DNA of 63,610 nt, filler included, from Choristocarpus tenellus KU-1152 (Eukaryota; Protista; Phaeophyceae): assembly GCA_964200185.2 (NCBI GenBank). It is 8 parts of 8 records of this genome, joined end to end, with 100 filler letters (N's around TTAATTAATTAA, not from the genome) between each part and the next. Parts side by side here need not be neighbours in the genome. Positions count along the whole stretch, not along the records: positions 19,699 to 26,440 come from CAXNAD020007452.1; positions 26,541 to 39,419 come from CAXNAD020001677.1; 6 more parts are not named here. One strand, given 5' to 3'. The stretch's first letter is position 1. The number at the start of each line of letters is the position of its first letter. This document shows positions 26,412-39,000 of this stretch, one piece after another. Made by a program: the position numbers and the translations under genes. The notes under the pieces were generated by a model that was not told where the DNA came from, did no database searches, and was given only the letters and a program-made list of their open reading frames with translations.

Positions 26412-26899
26412 TCCCACCCGCCCTTGTCCCCCCCCTCCTCNNNNNNNNNNNNNNNNNNNNNNNNNNNNNNNNNNNNNNNNNNNNTTAATTAATTAANNNN
26501 NNNNNNNNNNNNNNNNNNNNNNNNNNNNNNNNNNNNNNNNATCCTCAATTTTGAGAAATCCCTGTTACAGGGGTAAGGAAGAGACAATTGTCTGGTGAGC
26601 TTGAAAACACGCCGAAGGTAGACATGGAGACTTTTTCTGTGACTGATAGAATTGTGATAGATGGGGAGTAAAAAGAATAAAAAGAGCTGACCCTAACCAT
26701 AATTTCGTCCAGGATTCCAAATCTTCTTCCAGAAATTAATTCCATCAACATCTTAAGAAGTTATGGACAACGCGGAACAGACTTACGGCACGTACGTAGT
26801 ACATAAATTAATTTTAAATGCTTCTGTTTGAGCGCTCTCTACTAAACGTACCTGTTGACAAAATAAAACATCAACCACGAAACAACAGGTTGCTCAATA

Positions 26900-29760
26900 A
26901 TAATCATCGGGAAGGTAGACATGGTTACCTTGGATTCCTACTATTTACGTCTCATGTTCTCTATCTCCCTGTCATACTTTGGTCACCTCCTTCATGAGAG
27001 GTGCATCTTAAGACGCTTGTACATCAGGCCACCCCGCCTCCTCGGTGTGCTTGTCACATTACAAATTTGTTTCAGGGAGAAGTTCACAAAGTTTATTTTG
27101 ACCTGACAGCCTGTGCCGTCAATACCTCCATGGCAAAGTTTGTCAACTTGACTAGTAAGGAAGTTGAGTATGTTGCAATACCTTGTCTGTATTACCATTC
27201 TTCACAGTGAGGTATAATATGCTAGAGGTGGTCGATTAGGCCTTGTCGACACTCTAACAACACTGTACCAGGTACCAGAAGAGCAGTCACAGAGACCCCT
27301 TACACTCAACGTCTCCATTCTTTAGGATTCTATGGCTCAGTTGCCTTCTCCTTACAATACTTAAGAAAAGGTAACTCTCCATTATCCTCCACCTGTCCCT
27401 TCAAGCACATAGATATATCAGGTACTTAGTGCTAATCGAGCTTGGTTCAACAGTTCTTTGTCCAGATACCCATCTACATCAAAGCCTTTATATTTCTCAT
27501 CACAAAGGGTTCGTTTATCTAGCACCGTTGAAGAGCAATATGAAGATAACTTAATTGTGGACACAGCAAGTGATTTGCCCTGTATTTCAAAAGTATTAAT
27601 TTACAATTATCCTCAACTCTAAAGGTTTAGATGCGCATCCTATTTCACCAGGTGCGATCAATCTGTATACTGCAAATGGCTCACCACTGCATACTCGTAC
27701 ATTTGCTCCTTACAATAGGCGATACACATTACCTCTTATTGAAGTGAAAGTGATTCTCCAACTTGATAAAATACTGCTTGATTGATAATAGTGCGATGCA
27801 AGCCTTCGGTGCAATCTTTGACTGGCAAAAACAACGCATCTCGTTCCACAACAGCTCGCGTACCATTCCAGCAAGATATTGCACAACAAGGAGCTCCACA
27901 CAGTGAGTGCCTGATGCAAGTGCTACCGCTTCATGCCCTGTGGTAAGTGCATCATGGTTTTGACCCTGTACCCGTCCGTATGCATAAACAGTATAATGTA
28001 TACCTTTAGTCATGGAGTCATCATCCATTGCACAACTGCAGACAGTCCGTCTCGTCGATACTGCCATTGTAGTGGAGCCAAGTATACATTCCATGTCTGA
28101 AGTAGACCAGCACAATGAATATAAGCATCCACACGATCGCGTCGTCGTAGCTCGCACTCTCAGGACTTGTTCGGCAGATACTAAATCAGTGTTGGTTCAT
28201 TTGTCAAACCTGACAAATCGTAGGGTTCTTATTAAGCAAAAGCCTTGCAATTGTCCACTTGACCCCAATTTCTGATCAGACAATCAAGGCTCGTCGTTGT
28301 TCTGAATACAGGTTCTTCCTCCTTCGGTGAAGCTAGAGAGGAGCTATGTCAAGCTTTCAGGAAAGCAGATACTTTAGAATATACCACATTCAGTCAGTTA
28401 TAAGTGTCTGTCAATTTTTAGACCTATGTGCTCGTCACAAATCTTTAATTTTTCTGAATCCAGCAGAACTTCCTATAGAGCCTGGTACCAAGCCGGTTGT
28501 TAGGGACCTGTACAGAGCAAACCCTCGCACTCAAGAAGCGTTTGACTCGTGTATCAACATTATGGAAGAGCAAGGAATAATTGAAATGTGTGCTGGCCTT
28601 TGTGGTAGCCTCACTCTTACTGGCGTCAACATGAACGACGAGCTGTTTGGCAAAGTCTGGAAACACGATAACCGGGGCTCCAGAGAGTAATTGTTCCACT
28701 TTTAAAAATGCCAGAACCTCACCCATTCCTCATTCTCTAGCAATATTCTTGCTGATATCTTCCTTCATAACCAAAATGAATCTTTGGCAGTGTCAGGATT
28801 AAACCTGCTACTTGTAAAGTTTTGAACTGCTGCTCTAGTAAGTGGAAATGTCCTTCCCATGTGAGAGAACAAGCAATCAAATCATATAAATGAGCAACTA
28901 CTAAGAAGGTCGAAGTTGGAAAACCAAACGACATCATTTCCTTGAAATTGAGAGGGAGCATTTCATATCCCAAAGTAACAAAAACACTCTTACCAATATT
29001 GGACCTTTAGCAGCTGGAATATACTGATACGTACTTTGAAACAAACAACGATGAATTTGACAATATGTGATTACATGCCTGATATAAGCGAAGTCTGCCT
29101 AACACTAAGTTTGTTTAACAGTCGTGTGGTAGTCTACAGAGAAACATGGGAAATCATCAGGCTTGTCTATGATGTTAGCAGGACTCGAGGTGTTTTAGGA
29201 AAACCTACACCCAACGATCATGATGACCTAGGTGTAATTGCTTGTTTCAGCAAGAATTTTAATTAAACTTAACGTCACTATTCAGCTACAGTGAGAGAGT
29301 GTTATCCAATCGTTACCACTATCACTCATAGGCGTCCATTTTTCTGGGGTAGATACTTTACCTACACTATACACACAATGCCGCATTGTGTTTCTTGTAT
29401 ACTTCTAAGTAGAATGCAGGATACCATAACACATGCTTACTCGTTGGACTATTGCGCTTCAAGCTTATTATTTCATTGTCAAACTATGATGTTATTCCTG
29501 AGACTCTCATATTTTCAAGCTCAAGAAACAAGAGAAATCGGTTGCTCCAATGCCAGCACCCATCTATTATAGTATACTCAGTGGTAATCATTCATGTACC
29601 ACACATGTTCAAAAACAAAATGAATTGTCGGCTGCTAACCTCGATCAAGCTACGCCCGTCCAAAGTGATCGTGAACTATTCACTAGTTCCACTACTGTGT
29701 TTACTACAGTGGACTCAGTGCAATTGCACAAGGAGGAGGAGTCCGGGTTTGGACCATATT
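26900..29760 (+). mobile_element. Decayed Ty3/gypsy LTR-retrotransposon pol (protease-RT-RNase H) with an internal inversion
   Basis: Protease LIVDTASDLPCIS (~27550) and RT start LYRANPRTQ...EEQGIIE are on +. The RT core and PVIVFPDF...VHVDAS are on - (28611-29181). RNase H VIACFSKNF...RHYSATVRECY...RPFFWGRYFT is on +. Confidence 0.85.
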
Positions 29761-30065
29761 TCAGGTGTTGGCACCCCCCCACCGCCCCCCCCCCCCCCTC
29801 CCCCTCTCCCCCTCCCTCTATTGAAGTATCCTGCTCTGGACAATATGTGGCTTGGCGTGAATGTATATTACTTCGAAGTAGTATTAGTGTTACGAATGGG
29901 TTGTGGTCTCAAATCCATTGACTGAACTTGTCGGACTCACAATTGGTAGCATCCATTTCTATTTCTATAGGGAAAGGTTTGCTGTTGCCCATACTTCCTA
30001 CCTGTGAATACTTGTCTTCAGCATGACAAGCATATCTAGAACAGAGCACCAATCACTGAACGTAA

Positions 30066-30322
30066 GACCCATAGAATTTCAGAGGGTAGGATTTTTGCCC
30101 TGTTTTTCTGTTGGAGGCTAGCTTCCTACTTTTAAAAAATACAATTTTCAGTTTTGTGTGTGAACACAGTTACCTAGAGTGTCTACGACTATGAAAGATG
30201 CGTCTGGAGCAAAAATATTGACACTTGGTAACAAGCACCATGGTTAAAAATTCACCAAAATCGCAACATTGAGTTTTGGACCCCAAACGGACATGGTCCT
30301 ACCCTCTTAAATGATTTGACTT
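30066..30322 (+). mobile_element. Diverged relative of MITE family 1
   Basis: Starts GACCCATAGAATTTCAGAGGGTAGGATTTTTGCCCTG and ends AAAATCGCAACATTGAGTTTTGGACCCCAAACGGAC...TACCCTCTTAAATGATTTGACT. Length is the same as family 1. Confidence 0.7.
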
Positions 30323-30539
30323 TAGATCGGTCATTACATTTGGTGCACGATGTCATACATCGAGCACGCAAACAGAATGATTTGACTACAAAACATTGAA
30401 GGTGGTAGGGGCAGGAAAGGAAAAGCAGTGTTTCTATTTCATGTATGGAAATGTTAAAGATGGAATGTGTCAGTAATAATATATGACAGTTTGGACCGAA
30501 TAGTTAACTTTTTCTCAAGTCAAGTATCGCTTAACACTT

Positions 30540-30840
30540 TGTCGAGATTTGGTTCGGGCATTTTTTTACCCTCTCCCTCGTAATGTCCTATTGTTCGGCT
30601 CCAATCCACATCAGAACTAGTAATTATCAAGGTATTCTTCACTTGATTGGGCTCGTGGCTTCCCTCTGGTATGTCACAGGGGCAGACCTCCAGGTGGGGC
30701 TTCATCGATTTAGTAAAAGGGACCTCTCACACATTCAACACCGAGTGGAAGACAAGTTTATTATCCCTGGGGAGGTCAGATGGCTTGCCATGTTCGATGG
30801 GGAGGTGATTCTCGAAAACCTAACCTTAGCAAGCCAATAC
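30540..30840 (-). mobile_element. Ty1/copia RT/RNase H junction remnant
   Basis: ...KPHLEV...LIITSSDVDWSR resembles the copia PxxxH...GYSDADWA motif. Confidence 0.45.
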
Positions 30841-32399
30841 AATTGAAATCGAGAGGTAGGCAGGTTTGGACCCTTTTGCATTTTTTGTCATCAATCTTAT
30901 CCCGTGCAATACACTCTATTTCGTTGCTTTATCTGCGCAATAGTTTGTGTAGGAAAAATAGATATTCCCCCTTTCCATACACAAAGTAACACCACAATTA
31001 AGCAAATAAATGCTCTTTCTTGAATTGTACAAAATGGGGTCTTTATCCCATTTCTCAGGATCTTCTAAATGCCGCCCTGCCTACGTCTCAATTGATTTGG
31101 CTCAAACCAAACCCAATCCCAACCCTATCCCTAACCCTATCCCTAACCCTACCTTTGATCTGCGTGCGAGAAATATCCCTAACCAGCCAGGGAAACAATA
31201 TTGGAGATTTTCCACACAGTGGTACAGCAGTACAGTGTGTGTTACAGGCGAATAGCGCGAGCATTTCTTCTCGTGTTCTAGCAAGCGCGAGCAGTATAGG
31301 AGATTTGCAGCAAACAGGTGACGTTACAGAATAAATGCCGATTTCTTAGAAGTTGCAGGAAAGATTTGTAATTTGAATACGTATACAGCGGCTGGCCTTT
31401 CAACTTGTAGTCTGTAGAATTCAGGTGGATGATGCAAATAAAGAATAATTTGACAGCCACCAAATATGTCTTGATTCACTCTTTATTTCTCGATTAAAAC
31501 ATTACGTCAAGCTTTGAGCTAAGCACTAAGTGAAGAATCGAGAGAAGAGTGGCTGACACCCGCATGTGGCTTAAGGTTTTGGGATTGGAGCTATACATCC
31601 TGCGGAGGTAACCTGCTGGAGCATGTTGTAACATGTGCACTGGGGAACTACCATCTATCAAGGATCCGCCCCTATAATCTCTTTTCACCTTTTCACCACT
31701 TTCCCCCGAAACGGGGTTCCTTTGTGCACTCCAGTGTTTACGGGGATTATCAATCCTTTGTATATAGATTGTACATAGATGTTGGTGTACATTTAGGTTA
31801 ATAGTACAATGTTATATTTACCTCTCGACTGTCCTCTGGTTTCGCATTACATAGTGGAGACATATGTGGTGGCGATAACTTAGTTAAGAACTATGGTTCC
31901 ACAGGGGAGAATAATTCAAAGAGCAATAAATTACTGAGAGATCCTTTGAAAAATCCCTGCCTGAATCGTGATTCTCCCCCTCAGCACTCGCGCATCTGTA
32001 GTTGTCCAACCTTAACCTCACTCTCTCAGTTACAGTTCGTCTTCGCCTGTCTGGCTCGTCTTGTCCAGTGCTTCTCTTCACCACCCTGGTGTGAGTGAAC
32101 CACACCGCCAAAGAATCACACAGTCACACGTCGTAATTATTCCACATTTCAAGCATAGATGTGCCGATATGTCCAGCACATTACAACTATTCGTCGATTT
32201 ATCAGTGTCTGAAAATTGGACATGGAATTGCACTCAGATTTCAGAATAAATATTGCAAACTTGTCAACCGACCAGAACGTTAAAAGTTCTGATATTGGGT
32301 TATGAAACAAATCCATACATCTGCTCGCTCATCAAGTCTTCAGTAGTGAACATTCAGATTTCAATTGGTATCGATTAGAAATAGATTATGCAAACTGTA

Positions 32400-33750
32400 G
32401 ATCAAGACAAACAGAAACAAGTGGGAAAAGAATATCATATTGTTGTTCAAAACGTTTTGCTCGAATAGATGTGAAAAATATTTTGAACATGATGACATCA
32501 CACACTATACAGTCCCCTTCTTGATCAAAACCTCCTCACCATTCGAAGTATCATAAATAAGCCAAAGTAAACGAGAGGTACACAGGTTTTGTCCGTTCTG
32601 TATTTCAAGTCTGTTTTTCAATCTTTTTCAATTTGCCTCACATTTCTATGGATGAAATTCCATGTTTGCATTGAGAGAGTTTTTTCTCTATTGTTTGAAA
32701 CTTTTCCGACATGATCAAGAAAGTATCCTATACACGATTGTTAAAGGAGCCAAGTTTTGCACATTGTTGCCAGCATCCTTAAAATGCAACTTTGGGTGTC
32801 TCGAGTATACTTTGATTTAGTACCTGTCTTTAAGATAATGTGCATATTTATGATCCCACACAAAAGTAAATACTCCAAAATTATTTTCAGTAAATCAAAT
32901 CCTCTATTTGTAAACACAGGTTGCGCCCGCCTTGCAAAAAAAAGTGATAGTGACTTTTATCCGATCAGTTCACTATGATTGAAGAAGGGCAAGTTCTTCT
33001 TTCATGGTCAGAACAAGAATATAACAGAGTAAACCGCTTATGGTTAGAGACTTTTAAAGTCGATTGTGGAAAAACTCTCTAACCATACGAAGAGAGTGTA
33101 GCCAAATGAAGTTGGGACAACTGAAAAGACATGTCAGTTATGACTGATTCCTGTTCTCTTCCAAACCTCTTTTCAAGACAAGAGAATCCTATAAAATAGG
33201 AGTTAGTTTCACCTGATAATATAATAAACTCTGGAGTATGAATTTATATCATTACCAGCGTTCTCACAAATCTTTTTAGAAAATAAGAGAATCCTAAAAT
33301 AGGACCTAGATTACACTAGATACTGATACACTTATTAGGGCTAATTCTCATGGTGCAGGTACCCTACACTAAGAATGTAGCACGAAGTACTTCAAAGGTA
33401 TTGTTACTGGATGTTTTAAAGTACATCTAGGTTGCATTTGAACTTTTACCAACAGAAGATGAAAACAGAGGAATACTGGATACATTCAGGATTAGCATCT
33501 TAACATTTATTGGGATTGCTATGGAGAGTTGTAACAGACTCAGACGTATGGCATAGGTTGATACTAACATCAGGTGCTTCATCAATCAAGTAGATAGGGC
33601 TAAACACATTAAATTATTTGAGGTTAGATCGAATTACACAAAAAATCGAGAAATTAGTGGGTTTACCATTTCACGAGAGAAGGAATGACTAGTGGCATAG
33701 GTGATTATCAACTATGAAGAATCTGATACATTATCCGATACCACTATTAT
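32400..33750 (+). pseudogene. Decayed PolB-like plus SF1-helicase fusion fragment, possibly from a Polinton-like virus
   Basis: AT-rich region with colinear degenerate motifs LKCNFGCLE, DFYPISSL, FKVDC (cf. VKTD), LIRANSHGAGT (cf. Walker A PGxGKS), KVLLL, ILTFIGI, and GIGDYQL (cf. SF1 motif III GDxxQL). Confidence 0.35.
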
Positions 33751-34321
33751 TATATGACCCTACACACATACATATCTCACACTCTTACATCAATATATCA
33801 AAACAGTCAACATAATTATGCATACAATCTTTACATGTTCGCAAAATGTTCTCACTACTAACAATGATACCTCAACAACACCAGGACAAGTAATCTACGT
33901 GCCCCCGTTTATTACTATTACTAACAGAACTCCTATTCACGTACGTCTCACTCCTTGCCTTGGAGGTCGACCGGAGTTACATCACATTCGGCGTGCAACA
34001 CAAAATAATTCACATTCAATGACCAGGGGAAGGCCTTTTACCTGAAGGTCGTTCTCTTTAACACCCACTCATAGGGAATCTCATTTGTTCTGGATCAGAT
34101 CAAGCCATAATTTCTCAGTGTCAGTAACGACTTTGGTGGTTGGTAGAGACTGTTTACTTCACCCTTGCACCTCCTCTTCCCCTTAGGAGCAACTTAACCA
34201 AGGTCGGAGGTCTTCCCTGCTTTCACATCAGGTGAGCAAATGGCCTGTATTTCATGATGGACATTCTGACTGTCATTTATCACTCTTCGCAATCAACATT
34301 TACTCCACATAAAACTGTAGA

Positions 34322-34578
34322 GAGTGAAAGTATCTTAGAGGGTACGAGTTTTGCCCTGTTTGTCCATTTGGGGCTTGGCTACCTGTAAGTTTTTTTTTAA
34401 CATTTTCCTACTCCAAATTTTTTCGGAGTAGGTAAATATATGTGTTATGAAAAGGTGTGATCGGAACAAGGATATTGACACTTCCTAACAAATACGATAG
34501 GCAAAACTTCATAAAATCGCAACATTGGATTTTGGCTCTCAAATGGATGTGTCTCTACCCTCTAATATACTTTGGCTC
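34322..34578 (+). mobile_element. MITE family 1, copy C (TSD AGA)
   Basis: GAGTGAAAGTATCTTAGAGGGTACGAG...TACCCTCTAATATACTTTGGCTC. Confidence 0.93.
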
Positions 34579-37500
34579 AGAGCTTAAGTTCATCAGCGGC
34601 ATCGCTTCACCAATATACACAAGGATGAAAACCTTAGAGAACCTAGTTTCAGATCGACAACATCATCTATTCGCAATTTCAACTTTCCTTATCAAACATC
34701 TTAAACATTGTCAGCCTGTGATCTCCTCATTCATTACGCAAGTTTCTGCACCATCACACCCTCAAAACACAGGTTTGTATGGATAACCACTCATCACACA
34801 CTACTTATCTTAAGTTTTTGCCGCAATTGTAATTCACCAAACAAAATAATCAACACTGTTAACCTGTAACTCCCACATCAAGGTACGTTTAAAACACACA
34901 CTTGTTTTGAAAGTCTCTGTATCACATCACCGATCTCATCATTTCAATCTACCTCCCCTCCTCACTCCATACTCATTCCTTCCACATCAAGGGAGGGTCA
35001 ACCCACCTAATGGCAATGGTCTGAGTCTGTTACAATACCTGAGGATCAACAAGATCATGTGGTAGTAGAGGAGCTTTGGTTTTTCTTTTCTTTTCTTTTC
35101 TTCCACCCTAGTAGTAGAAATGTGGCTTCTCAAACCTACTCTTATTTGGGACCTACCCATTTCTAATTTTGTTTTTAATTTAGGAACACGCATTTCGTCT
35201 AGGGGCCCTCATACCAGCACGTCTAAAACCTAAAAACAAAATCGCGACCCATTTAGTTCTTTGGATCGAACTAACAATGCTTCACTTCACTCCACAATAA
35301 TATCCAGAAAGAAAGCTCAATTCAAGGATCAACTCCCACATTAAAAACTATAATCGGTCCAAGAAGAGGCTCATAACCATACACACTTCACAGCATCCAT
35401 GTTAAGTAACACCAAGAATAGTATCTTAGGTTAGGCACAGGAATCCAGCCTACTTCCGCCCCAAAGAAGAAAATAAGCAAAAGGGAAGAAGCAGGCATTA
35501 TCAGACATGGTTGGTGGTCAAGGCCACTCTTTCTTCACAGTCTGTGGCTGCTTCGACCTCAGCGGTACACCAGGCATGCATGAATTACTTAGCTAAGACC
35601 ATCACACATTTGAGCAACCTGTTTGAGTCTTCTACAAGAGAGACAGACTGATCAGCCGTGACGTCAACAGCCTTGAAGTTATCTTGGGGGCACGACCACA
35701 GATTTTTTCAGTACCTCCCTTATCCCCCTTGGTTTCTGATCATTGGACTCCCAAGCATAATTCTCGCGGCAATTCATCATCATCCACTTGCAACATGAAA
35801 CCTACACAACACAACCTCCTTTTGCGGATACTGGCAACAGTTAACTCACACCCAGTTCTCTTACGGGCTTCTCTATATGAATGGGGTGGTTCGTACGTTT
35901 CCTTCAAACAATTTGCAGTGTCGGCCACGGATTTGGGTGTAGTGTTCCTTTGAGTATTATTCTGAGTATATGCAACATATATGCTCAAGTTATGTCACTC
36001 AACTGGGACCGCCAGTTCGTGCACTGTGTGAGGTGACACTAGCAAGGAAAACACAAACCAGTAAAGAGAAAGATCACACCATTTACTACTCCTCCCTCCG
36101 CCCATGTTGATAGAGGACCTCCAGACAGCGGTGGCAAGAGCACTACACAGGATGCTGCGTTTGTGTCCACCATCACTATGATTTCTGTTACCTACGCCTT
36201 CCACAACTGGGCACCAATGCCGTATCTACTAGAATCCAACACAACTGTGCCAGCAATTATATCCCCAGAGGGACGGTTCTGCTTGGCAGTGACTGTGCTG
36301 CCAGCAGAGTAGAACGGGTTTTCAAATGCATCTTAAGTGCCCTACGTAGGCAATTACTTATTTTGTGACAATTTACTTAGAGCCTAAATAAGAGAGAGAT
36401 ACCCAAGTTTTGGAGATTTTGCTATTTAAGCCACTTTTTCATCTTCTGCAATTCATCCTTAATTTCTTCCATGGATAATGGTATAATTGACTCGAGGGCC
36501 TTGATTTCTTCATTGTACAGTTAGGTTAAGTGGCATGTGGTGAAAATGGGAACAGTCCGAGTAAAAAGCACAGTAGGTATCATGGGGGTGACTAATCCCC
36601 AGCCCTAGGTAAAACACCACACACCTAGTCATCGGAAAAGTCTTACAGATCATTCTTCGACCGACAGTAAAACCAGGTTGAAGAAATTCGTAGGTCAGCC
36701 AGAGGGGCAGGGGATCCACCTCCCATTTCATACAGTGTTTTACAATCGGGATTTGCCATGGTCGATGAGTGGTAGAGTGAGTCACAGACATAGGGTTGAG
36801 CTTTAGCCCAAAGAGAGTCTCTCCAATACAGACCCCCTCGAGAAATGTAGGGGAACTGTAGTGAAACTTGGAAGCAAGTAGCTGATGAAACCTCCATCAA
36901 TAATATGAATGTATAGAATTGAGAAAAGTCCCTACATTTATTTCTACAAAAAGATGAATACTGCACATTTGTTTGCATAAATTAAATACAACCCTGGGTA
37001 CTTGTTTTCTTTGACCCTCAACTCTCTAAAAACCTCCTCCTTCACCTTCAATTATTTGAGGGGGCCACCAAGCTTCTCAACCACGTCCACATCCACTCGT
37101 TGTATACAATGGTATACCTCCAGTTGGAGTTGGAGTTTATCGTCTTAGGCACTTCCCCCACCTGTATCTCTAGAGGAGGGCACTTCATCACCCTGCAGCT
37201 GTGATGGCATCTTAGTTGCCTTCTTGAGCAGCTCAGTCATGCTGCACTGCTGGTTGCTCTTATAATCGTTAGAGGAGGTCTCTCTTCCCCACCCACATTT
37301 CCTACTCCCTGAGCTTCCTCATCCTCCTCCTCTTATGTATTCACAGACTCGTAGAAGGTTGTTCCCGGTGAGCATCTCAGAGAACTGGTTTTGTTCAGTC
37401 ACCATCTTCTTCACCCACGTTTCGAGTATGGCCCAGTACCTTCATATTGGAAGCAATTGATGAGTTCACATTACCTACATTTTAATCATATTATTCGTAG

Positions 37501-38439
37501 TGTGAGAATCCAAACAACCTCTGTTTGTGGACAAGCATAAGTTATTGTAGTATTTATTCGAAGAGGTATAAACATAAATTGCCCTTACTCATCTCTCTCA
37601 ACTGTCATGATGGGAGGAACTTCAACTGAGGGTCAAAGACTTAAGGCAATGCACGCCAACTGAAGGTGCTTCCCGATCCTTCTCTTCAATCTTACGGGAC
37701 GAGCCTCATGTTAGGGTTAGGGTTAGGATTCCTCTTTGTCCCCTGTATCGGCTTCTTCTATATATCATTCTCTTCTGTCACATTGTCGACTTCGTTTGTT
37801 CAGATAAATACATTGTCTGGCGCGGTCACCTGACCCTCATCTGTCATGATGGCGAGTGGAACTACAAAAGAAGTATTGAAACACAGAAGTGGTGATGTGA
37901 TGACTAATTCTCCAACCCTCTCAACTAGAGATTGTCTATATCAACACCACCCACTCAAAGAGTCATTGCCGCGAAAGAGTTGACACTTCAACCTATGTAA
38001 GACTGGCTGTCTCTTACGTCCTTTGTGCTGTGAATTTTCGATAGTTATACCCCACGAAAAAACTTGAAGCTACTACCTGTTCATTCCATCTAAATGTTCT
38101 GTAGGCGTTACAGTAGTCCTCCATAACAGAAATATTGTCGAAATTTTGCAGAAGGGTAAAAAAATCTTCCCATTTGACCAATATTTTAGAATACCATTTT
38201 ACATCATTTGTTTTTTTTGGTAATATAATGTGAGGAATTAAATAATTCCTACCAAATTTGAGAACAAACTAGTTGAAGTGAAAGTGCTCGCAATTTCCAT
38301 GCAGTTACACGATACTATTGTATCAATGATATAAGAGCATATGTATGCGTACTATTATGGACATCCGATTTCTCAACTGACTCCGTTTTAACTCTTTCCA
38401 CTCCCAACAGGCGAACTTCCCCACAGACCCCAGATCTGG

Positions 38440-39000
38440 ACGGGAATTTTCTACAATGACTTTCGTCAGGTACATGAGCCATCGTGGAGAAGGGCCCGCA
38501 GACAGTTGGGCCTCTACTCAACCTCCTGAGAAAGATGGACAGATACCTTCCCCATAAATTTGCCTCACAGCGAAGCATTCTTTGGGGGTGGAGGATGCTA
38601 TCTCCAAAAGGCTGCGCGGTGGAGGGATGTAGGAGGCAAGGGGTGGACACTGGCCATGCTCGCATGTGTTCCCAAGCTAGTGGCTGAGCAAGGCAGAACT
38701 CACCCATGATTCGGCAACTGGGCAATATCTACAGGCAAAAGAAAGTCGGCAACCCCTTCACCATCAATCGTAATTTCCATATGGATGTGATCTTCCATGC
38801 AGGAGGTCTCTCAAATGCAATTACTCCCTCTCTACTCCTGGATACGGTCGTCACTGTACACAAGCGGACTACCATATCCTCAGCTCATTCAACAATAGCG
38901 TTTCTGCTGCTGCAGCAGGGGCCTGTGAACGTAACCACTCCGAGGGATCTTTTCGGTCTCGTAGTTTTGACCTCAACACGTTGGTGGGAACATAACCAAT
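38440..39000 (+). mobile_element. Non-LTR retrotransposon 3' fragment (Zn-knuckle plus restriction-like endonuclease; CRE-like)
   Basis: CAVEGC...TGHARMC...GNPFTINRNFHMDVIFHAGGLSNA...LLLDT shows the CCHC plus RxD/PD-(D/E)xK architecture. It is homologous to 44370-45000. Confidence 0.7.

Noticed and set aside
26365-26440. Poly-Pro/poly-Gly ORFs at C/G runs (also ~29775-29815, 60778-60840, 60980-61040)
   Set aside because: Homopolymer tracts, mostly at contig ends; not protein-coding evidence.
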